Part shown: one piece after another, positions 57,887 to 64,000 of the stretch
How positions within the stretch are numbered: position 1 is the stretch's first letter
Layout: every line of letters begins with the position of its first letter
DNA from: Acidobacterium sp.
GTDB lineage: Bacteria; Acidobacteriota; Terriglobia; Terriglobales; Acidobacteriaceae
Assembly (NCBI GenBank): GCA_027315385.1
Contig: DAHUYD010000034.1
Location: 7,639-71,638 of the forward strand
Direction: 5' to 3'
Length of the DNA: 64,000 nucleotides
Notes under the pieces: model-generated
Told to the model about the DNA's origin: nothing
Databases searched by the model: none
Seen by the model: the letters and a program-made list of their open reading frames with translations, nothing else
Made by a program: the position numbers and the translations under genes

Positions 57887-60340
57887 TCACCCTTGTCGCC
57901 GCAGTTGCGACACGGTGGGCGGAACCGGCGCCTCCATCACCACATCAAAATTCTTCCCTTCCCAGCGATCCTCATCCGGCCAGTAAAGCGTGAAGAGCAG
58001 CGAACCTGCCTGTTCCTCCGCCGTCGGCAAATCGGCATACGAACCCAGGTACCCCAGTTGCGTGCTCTCCACGTCCTGCTGTGTCGCCCATTCGTCCGCG
58101 GTCCACCGAACCATGAACCGGCTCGCGGAAATGATCCGCAGGGTTTTCCCCGCCGGGATACTCCGAATCTGCCGCCGCAGCACCTTGAATACTTCGAAGG
58201 GGCTCCGCGGATGATTCCCCTTCGCGTAGCGCTCTTCCACAATAGGGATGAGATCGAACACCCGCCCATCCGTAGCGGAACGCAGCAGCTTGAGATATTC
58301 CGAGTGCGCCCATACCAGCGGCATCGCAGATCCCGCCGGCCCCCCCAGCACCAGCCCGTTGGTATCCGGCTCATCCCAGATCTGCTCCGGCAGCATACCT
58401 CCCGCGGAGGCGAATTTCTCAATCGTCGCGATCATTCCGCGCACGTCGCGCCCCGCCGCAAGCTCATAATGCGCGCGCTCGCCGGTCAGCAGCGGCCACG
58501 CCCGGCCCTGGCCCGCGCCCAGAAACGGCCCTCCATCGCTGCGCTGGCCGTACCCATCGTGGTTATAGCGCCGCCAGCATGCTCCCTTCGGCGTATCGAC
58601 CTTCAGCGTCGCGTCCACCACCCTGAGCGAATCCTGGATCAGCGGATCGTCCGCCGCCCGCACGCCGTACCGCACCAGCTCCAGAAATCCCGCATCCACA
58701 ATCTCCCGCGCCTCGAACTCCGATTGTTCGCCCGCCGGAATGTTGTTGATGTGCAACGTCTCCTTCCCGCACTCCTCGTGCGCGTACGGATTGCCGCACT
58801 CCGGCGGCCGAATCCGCATGTAATGGCGCTTCACCCCCGGCAGCAGAACGCCATTGTTCGTCACGGTCCAGTCTTCCAGGTGGCTCTCAATCCAGTCCGC
58901 GTGCTGTTCCAGAAACTGCGCCTGCTCCGGCGACCCGTGCGCGCGCGCAATGTCGGCTGCGCAGATCAGTCCCGCAATCACTGCAGCCAGCGTCGACGGC
59001 GAGTATCCCGGCGTCTCCTCCCATCGTTCCTGCTGCGTAATCGGGGCATAGCGCACCAGAAAGCCCGCCGCGCGCTCCACAAACGGGACCACGTCGAAGT
59101 TCCTGAGTGCGTCGAGCTTCCACAGCCGCCACGCCAGCATAATCGGAAACGCGACTTCGTCCAGCTGAATGCCCGTCCAGTAGGGCTCGCCGTTCACCCA
59201 GAAATTCTGCGAGAACCCGCCATCCGGTTTTTGGGTACAGGCCAGATACACCAGCGCCCTCAGCGCGGTATCGACGTGGCCGCAGGCCATCAGCGAGGTC
59301 GCGGTCTGCACCATATCGCGCGTCCACACCAGGTGGTAGCCGCCCAGGTCGTCGTCGCCTTTCGCATAACCCCATGGAATCGACGCCGACGCTATGAACG
59401 CCCCCGCGTACGTCTTGTCCTCGTGTGCCAGTACGACCTTATGGCTGATGCCCAGCAGACGGCCGCCATCGCCTGATTTCCTGGCCATGTGCCACGGCGT
59501 CGTCACGCGATGCCACTGCTCCACAAACCGCCCCAGATGCTGATCGAACGGCACCGCCAGCGCGCCCATGGTGGAGGCCAGCGCCGCGTGATGTCCCTCG
59601 CCAAAGCCGATCCCCAGCGTGAACTCCCGCGTGTGCTGCGCCGGGATCTCGCCCATCAGCGCGATGTTTCCGTCTTCGGCCAATCCGAATTCCCAGTCCA
59701 TGCGGAAGTTGTCTTTCAGGTCCTGCCACCCGTCGCTGGCGCCCACAAATCCGCAACTGGCCCGGCTGAACCCGCAATCGGCCGCGAAGGCCAGGGACAT
59801 GGCATCCCTCCACGCGACTACTACCCGCTTGCCCGCCACATCGACAACTCGCGCGGAGTTCCCCATTCCCCCTCCCTGCAGATGGGGCGCCAGCAGCGCA
59901 TACACTTTCAAACGGGAGACGAACTCCTCATCCCCCTCCACGCGCACGTGTACCAGCACAATCGGGTAGTGCGGATCGGCGATCATCCGCCGCACTATCC
60001 CGTACCGCCCCTCCGGATCGCGATTGCGCACGATCACCGCCTGCGCCCCGGAGTCGATGTAGTCGAATTCGTGGATCAGGTCCCGCCGTTCCTCATGGAA
60101 GAATGTCTCTCCATCGGTGATGAGGAACTGCATGTCGCGAATCTGCGGCCGATCGATGGTGGGGCAGTAGACCTCGTTCAGAATGCCGTGTGAAACGGTG
60201 AACCACACCTTGCTGGAAGCGGCGTACGCTGTGCTTACCGTGTCCTTCGCGCTCGAGGTCCAGCGCGGCTCCAGCCCGGGCGCGCCAAACGCCTCGCCCT
60301 GTCCGTCCACCCACCGATAACGCGGCTCGAGATCGCCCAT
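57887..60340 (-). CDS. GH15-family glucoamylase/glucodextranase-like glycoside hydrolase
   Basis: 817 aa. Bacterial GH15 N-domain start 'APGLEPRWTSSAKD...HGILNEVYCPTIDRPQIRDMQFLITDG', then an (alpha/alpha)6 region with 'LVWTRD' and 'ERWEE'. Confidence 0.75.
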   Translation of the reverse strand: MGDLEPRYRWVDGQGEAFGAPGLEPRWTSSAKDTVSTAYAASSKVWFTVSHGILNEVYCPTIDRPQIRDMQFLITDGETFFHEERRDLIHEFDYIDSGAQAVIVRNRDPEGRYGIVRRMIADPHYPIVLVHVRVEGDEEFVSRLKVYALLAPHLQGGGMGNSARVVDVAGKRVVVAWRDAMSLAFAADCGFSRASCGFVGASDGWQDLKDNFRMDWEFGLAEDGNIALMGEIPAQHTREFTLGIGFGEGHHAALASTMGALAVPFDQHLGRFVEQWHRVTTPWHMARKSGDGGRLLGISHKVVLAHEDKTYAGAFIASASIPWGYAKGDDDLGGYHLVWTRDMVQTATSLMACGHVDTALRALVYLACTQKPDGGFSQNFWVNGEPYWTGIQLDEVAFPIMLAWRLWKLDALRNFDVVPFVERAAGFLVRYAPITQQERWEETPGYSPSTLAAVIAGLICAADIARAHGSPEQAQFLEQHADWIESHLEDWTVTNNGVLLPGVKRHYMRIRPPECGNPYAHEECGKETLHINNIPAGEQSEFEAREIVDAGFLELVRYGVRAADDPLIQDSLRVVDATLKVDTPKGACWRRYNHDGYGQRSDGGPFLGAGQGRAWPLLTGERAHYELAAGRDVRGMIATIEKFASAGGMLPEQIWDEPDTNGLVLGGPAGSAMPLVWAHSEYLKLLRSATDGRVFDLIPIVEERYAKGNHPRSPFEVFKVLRRQIRSIPAGKTLRIISASRFMVRWTADEWATQQDVESTQLGYLGSYADLPTAEEQAGSLLFTLYWPDEDRWEGKNFDVVMEAPVPPTVSQLRRQG

Positions 60341-60548
60341 GAAACCAACCCTTTCTTCGGCACGGATGAAGGAAACGACGGGGCCGTCAATACAGATTCC
60401 AGCGAACGCAGTGCGGGTTCCTTTTTATCAGACTCGGGCCACAGACATCGGTTTCAGGAAGAGACCCGGCCAGGACCCCTTCGTGCGCCTCACCCTTGCC
60501 CCCTGATTCCGGACCACGAGGCCGGTCCGATCGCCGATCGCCGCTCTC

Positions 60549-62021
60549 TCACATCACCTGATCGTTCGCGTCAGGGTCCGGATGAAACTGCACCAGGTCC
60601 ATGGCGTGTTTCACCTCGGTGTTTTTCATGAACTGCTCCCACACAAAGCCCGTCCGCTGATTCTCCGCCATGAGCATCATGATGCCCTGATCGATTCCCA
60701 GCACGTCGGGTCCGAACCACTTCGCGTGCGGCTGGAACGCATCCACAAACCCATACCTCGTGTAGACCTTTTCCCTGTACTCCGCCCTCATGCTCAGCAG
60801 CACGTGCGAGCACTCCGCCGGCAGGAAGACCATTGAACCGCCCGCCGCGTTGGGCACCAGCGTGCCGTCGGGGTCGCCCATCGTCGGCGGTCCTCCCCAC
60901 ACTCGATATCCCTCGCGCGAATCCGACGCCGAAAGCCCCCAAAGATCCTGATCCCACCATGGAAACTTCCTGCCCATGGTCAGGCACCACAACTGGTGGG
61001 CGCGCGTGGCCGCAATGGAGTTGGTGAAGTAGTTCGCGTGCAGGTCCGCCATATTGCGCAGATCGCACCACGCATGCGCGTACTGGTGAATGAAGATCGG
61101 CGCCACCCCGCTGATATACGTCACTCCGCCGAACTGGATCACCGGCCGCTGCAGCGCGTTCCATGTATCCGCCGGAATCGGATGCGACGGCGATCCGATG
61201 GCGAGCAGATACATCACCAGCAGCTCGGAATAGATATCCCAGCGGTGATCCAGAAATCCCTGGTCCGGCAGCCAGCCCATGGAGAGCGTGGTGCCGCCGT
61301 TCATCATCCATTGCCAGTCAACCCGCCGGTAGAAGGTGGTAGCCAGCGCCTGGATGCGCTGATTCCCGGCAAAATACTGGCGGCAGGTCAGGATCCCGCA
61401 GAGCAGCCAGCAGGTATCGATCGAGGACAATTCGCAGCCGAACATCCGCTGCCCGCTCTCGATATCGATAAAGTGATACAGGAATCCGTGCTCGTGGGGG
61501 CAATCCTCCAGCAGGAACGCCAGCGTCTTCTCCACGCGCTCTTCGCACTCAAAGCGCGTTAGATAATTCCGCTTGTGCGCGATGCACAGCGCCGTCAGGC
61601 CGAACCCCGTCGCGGCAATGCTCGAAACGCGGCTCTGGGAGAGGCCCTGCACCGGCGCGCGATCGCGCACCATTCCCGTCTTCGGGCTCGCCTCGTTGTA
61701 GAAGAAGTCGGAGATACGCCCTTCCATGTCGTCGAGCAGCGCCTCGCCCTCTTTGGTTACCTGCACCAGCGGCCGGTTGATGAACAGCCCCGGCGGGTGC
61801 GCAAACTGCTTGGCTGCCTGCGATTCCGGCTTCGGCTGCTGCCCGGCTTTCACCGCCGGCGCCTGGCGCTGGTTTTGATTCTGGTTCTGGCCGTGGTTTT
61901 GCGCCAGCAGCGAAGGACCCAGGGCCAGCGCGCTCGCCGCTCCTGCTCGCTTCAGCAGATCCCGGCGTGTGATGCGGGCTTGGGTCAATACAGATCGAGT
62001 CTCGTCGTCCAGGTCAGGCAA
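60549..62021 (-). CDS. Tat-exported 'putative glucoamylase' family protein (PF10091/GH144-like, possible beta-1,2-glucanase)
   Basis: Tat motif 'ITRRDLLKRAGA' and a Gln/Asn-rich linker. 'SSIAATGFGLTAL' and 'ELSSIDTCWLLCGIL' resemble that family. Assignment is from memory only. Confidence 0.5.
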   Translation of the reverse strand: MPDLDDETRSVLTQARITRRDLLKRAGAASALALGPSLLAQNHGQNQNQNQRQAPAVKAGQQPKPESQAAKQFAHPPGLFINRPLVQVTKEGEALLDDMEGRISDFFYNEASPKTGMVRDRAPVQGLSQSRVSSIAATGFGLTALCIAHKRNYLTRFECEERVEKTLAFLLEDCPHEHGFLYHFIDIESGQRMFGCELSSIDTCWLLCGILTCRQYFAGNQRIQALATTFYRRVDWQWMMNGGTTLSMGWLPDQGFLDHRWDIYSELLVMYLLAIGSPSHPIPADTWNALQRPVIQFGGVTYISGVAPIFIHQYAHAWCDLRNMADLHANYFTNSIAATRAHQLWCLTMGRKFPWWDQDLWGLSASDSREGYRVWGGPPTMGDPDGTLVPNAAGGSMVFLPAECSHVLLSMRAEYREKVYTRYGFVDAFQPHAKWFGPDVLGIDQGIMMLMAENQRTGFVWEQFMKNTEVKHAMDLVQFHPDPDANDQVM

Positions 62022-62399
62022 TCCAGCAGATCCGTCAGGAGATTTGATTCTTCAGCACCCGATGCGGCTCCGCCCCGGCGCACGCGGTTCGCAGCCATGC
62101 GAGCAACCCTGCTCACCTGCCACAGACGCACCCCCTGAACCGCGGGATGCGCGAACTGGCGGCGTGCTGTTGTCTCTACTGTAAATGCCGATGGCCTTCC
62201 CGCGCATCTCGCCGGCGCTAACGCCACAGGGTGCCGCCCATCACCGGCTCGCTGAATTCCGGCTCCTGATCCTGCACCCCGCGCGGCCCCTCGCGCATCC
62301 GTTAGAATCGTAGGGCACACCCGTCGCGGGCTTCTCCGCACCTTGCCCGCGCGACCCTTCCGGACAATTGATCAACCTCAGCCTGCAAGGAGGATTGCT

Positions 62400-63008
62400 T
62401 TGGCACACGAAGTTCCACCTCTTCCCTACGACTACAAGGCGCTCGAGCCTCACATCGACGAGCAGACGATGCACCTGCATCACGACAAGCACCACCAGGC
62501 ATACGTCAACAATCTCAACGGAGCCCTTGAGAAGCACCCCGACCTGGGCTCCAAATCAGTCGAAGACCTGCTGCGCAACATCAACGCCGTGCCTGAAGAC
62601 GTGCGCACGGTTGTCCGCAACAACGGCGGCGGCCACTCCAATCACAGCATGTTCTGGGCCATCATGAAGCCCAGCGGCGGCGGCGAGCCCAACGGCCCCA
62701 TCGCCGACCAGATCAAAAAAGATTTCGGCTCCTTCGAGGACTTCAAAAAGCAGTTCAATGACGCCGCGGCCAAACAGTTTGGCTCCGGCTGGGGCTGGCT
62801 CATATGGGACGGCAAGCTGAAGATCATGACCACCGCCAACCAGGACAGCCCGTTCATGCAGGGCCACTTCCCCATCCTCGGCAACGACGTCTGGGAGCAC
62901 GCGTACTACCTCAAGTACCAGAATCGCCGCCCGGAATATCTGGCCGCGTGGTGGAACACCGTCAACTGGGACGAAGTGAACAAGCGCTTCGAGCAGGCAA
63001 AAAAGTAA
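62400..63008 (+). CDS. sodA: superoxide dismutase, Mn-type
   Basis: TTG at 62400 lies 6 nt after AAGGAGG. '[35 protein letters not shown]', '[11 protein letters not shown]' and '[18 protein letters not shown]'. The GGGHxNHS and NQD signatures favour Mn over Fe type. Confidence 0.9.
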   Translation: MAHEVPPLPYDYKALEPHIDEQTMHLHHDKHHQAYVNNLNGALEKHPDLGSKSVEDLLRNINAVPEDVRTVVRNNGGGHSNHSMFWAIMKPSGGGEPNGPIADQIKKDFGSFEDFKKQFNDAAAKQFGSGWGWLIWDGKLKIMTTANQDSPFMQGHFPILGNDVWEHAYYLKYQNRRPEYLAAWWNTVNWDEVNKRFEQAKK

Positions 63009-63022
63009 TCTCATCACTTCCG

Positions 63023-63066
63023 AAACCCACCCTGATCCGCAGCCACATCGCGGAAAGGGTGGGCTT
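63023..63066. terminator. two-tier hairpin between convergent sodA and the membrane-protein gene
   Basis: CCCACCCT (63026-63033) pairs with AGGGTGGG (63056-63063), and inner TCCGC pairs with GCGGA around a 9-nt loop. There is no clear U tract on either strand. Confidence 0.4.
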
Positions 63067-63114
63067 GGTCAGCGACGACGGCTCGCGGGCGCTGCGTGAG
63101 TGCGGCTTTTCGTC

Positions 63115-63875
63115 TCAACCGATAATTGCATTCGTGATTTTGACCCACCATGCCGGGGGATGGAATGCAAGTTGCACAGCGTACACCTGGGCGGCGATGA
63201 GCATGGGCAGCACGTAACGGTAAACGGCGTGGATGCGCCGATTGACCATCAGGTCGCGCGCCACTCCCAGCAAAATCAGCGCATCGCCCCCCCATACGCC
63301 CATTTGTGCGGCGTCGGGATCATAGGGAAGCGCACGAAAGCCGCACCCGTAAGCGCGCAGGTCGCGATCAGCACCAGGCGCCGGTGGAACTCCGGCTTCC
63401 TGCGCCAGGCGATTGCCAGCCAGAAGGGAATTGTGAACGAAATCATGTCCAGCGCCGAGAGGGCGAAGAACGGTCTGATCCCGGCATCATGGAAGGCCGC
63501 GATCCTGAAACGGGACATGACGATGGCCGTCGCAATCCCCAGCACTGGAATCAGGATGCCCAGCCCCGCCCCGAACCAGCCCATCGTCCGATGCAGATTC
63601 ACGCGGTGCATACGCACCAGCGACGACTGAAAGATAAAAAAAATCACCCACGCCGAGAAGACGGCTCCGTGAAGCCAAAGAATCCATGGTCGCGGCGGTG
63701 TTGCGTGAATAAGGTTCCCGTTGACGGTATGGCTGAAGCCGTACACCACCACCGCGGCGATCAGCAGCGACATGCAAAAATAAAAGTACTGGCTGAGAAA
63801 GCGCGAAATTCCCGGCGCTTTCGCGGTGTGAGATTTCCTGGCTCCGGCCGCGAAGCCGGCTTGCCCCGTCGCCAT
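63115..63875 (-). pseudogene. polytopic membrane protein of unknown family, split by a frameshift at a homopolymer tract
   Basis: ORF 63276..63998 (likely ATG at 63875, MATGQAGF) ends '...HKWAYGGAMR*'. ORF 63115..63303, in the next frame, continues with helix-like sequence 'GDALILLGVARDLMVNRRIHAVYRYVLPMLIAAQ'. One extra G/C in the 7-nt run would fuse the two. Confidence 0.45.
63287..63293. repeat. C7/G7 homopolymer tract at the frame junction
   Basis: Read directly: gcatcg-ccccccc-atacgcc. Confidence 0.9.
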
Positions 63876-64000
63876 TGCATACTCTCCAGAAGGCGTGGAT
63901 TCAACGGTAGTTTTCCGAGCTTGCGCAATCCTACTCGTCAGAAATGGACACCGCCAGCGCAATTTGAAACGGAGAACCCCACAATCCTCCGTCAGCACCC

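Noticed and set aside
61866-61900. Short repetitive DNA (caaaaccag/aatcagaac-like) inside the GH144-like gene
   Set aside because: It encodes a Gln/Asn-rich linker (QNHGQNQNQNQRQ) just after the Tat signal. This is low-complexity coding sequence, not a tandem repeat element or CRISPR.
1-64000. Scan for tRNA/rRNA genes, CRISPR arrays, transposases, toxin-antitoxin or defence-type genes
   Set aside because: I recognised none. The intergenic regions are short and lack T-loop/acceptor-stem patterns or spaced direct repeats. This is an eye scan only, so tRNAscan/Infernal/CRISPR tools should confirm it.

Overview
GC-rich bacterial chromosome segment, probably Acidobacteriota. This is inferred from a CarboxypepD_reg-type TonB receptor and a VWFA-related 'acidobacterial' secreted protein. 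Coding is dense (about 50 genes) and mostly housekeeping. Recognisable blocks are: a tetrahaem cytochrome c / NrfC-like / NrfD-like redox module; pdxST; an aa3-type cytochrome oxidase operon (ctaCDE) followed by a VKOR homologue and a lipase-maturation-factor-like protein; glyA; dnaE; rapZ; a 3-gene UDP-amino-sugar cassette; the cdsA-dxr-rseP block; ku next to tandem xerD/xerC; pepN; a long same-strand block of two glucan hydrolases plus tkt-rpiB-HAD-gnd-zwf-pgl-glk; and sodA. I found no rRNA, tRNA, CRISPR array, transposase, prophage or recognisable defence genes. I see no clear-cut novel system. The items most worth a second look are the VKOR+LMF pair behind the oxidase operon, the catalytic-subunit-less cytochrome c/FeS/NrfD module with a large co-oriented membrane protein, a signal-less BtuF-like::NUDIX fusion coupled to a HAD phosphatase, an NRAMP homologue with Mg-type (NRMT-like) binding-site substitutions, and a homopolymer-tract frameshift. 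All family calls come from reading motifs in the supplied translations by eye; no searches were run. Many long ORFs in the track are GC-rich shadow frames. Several starts were moved to internal Met/GTG/TTG codons and remain approximate.
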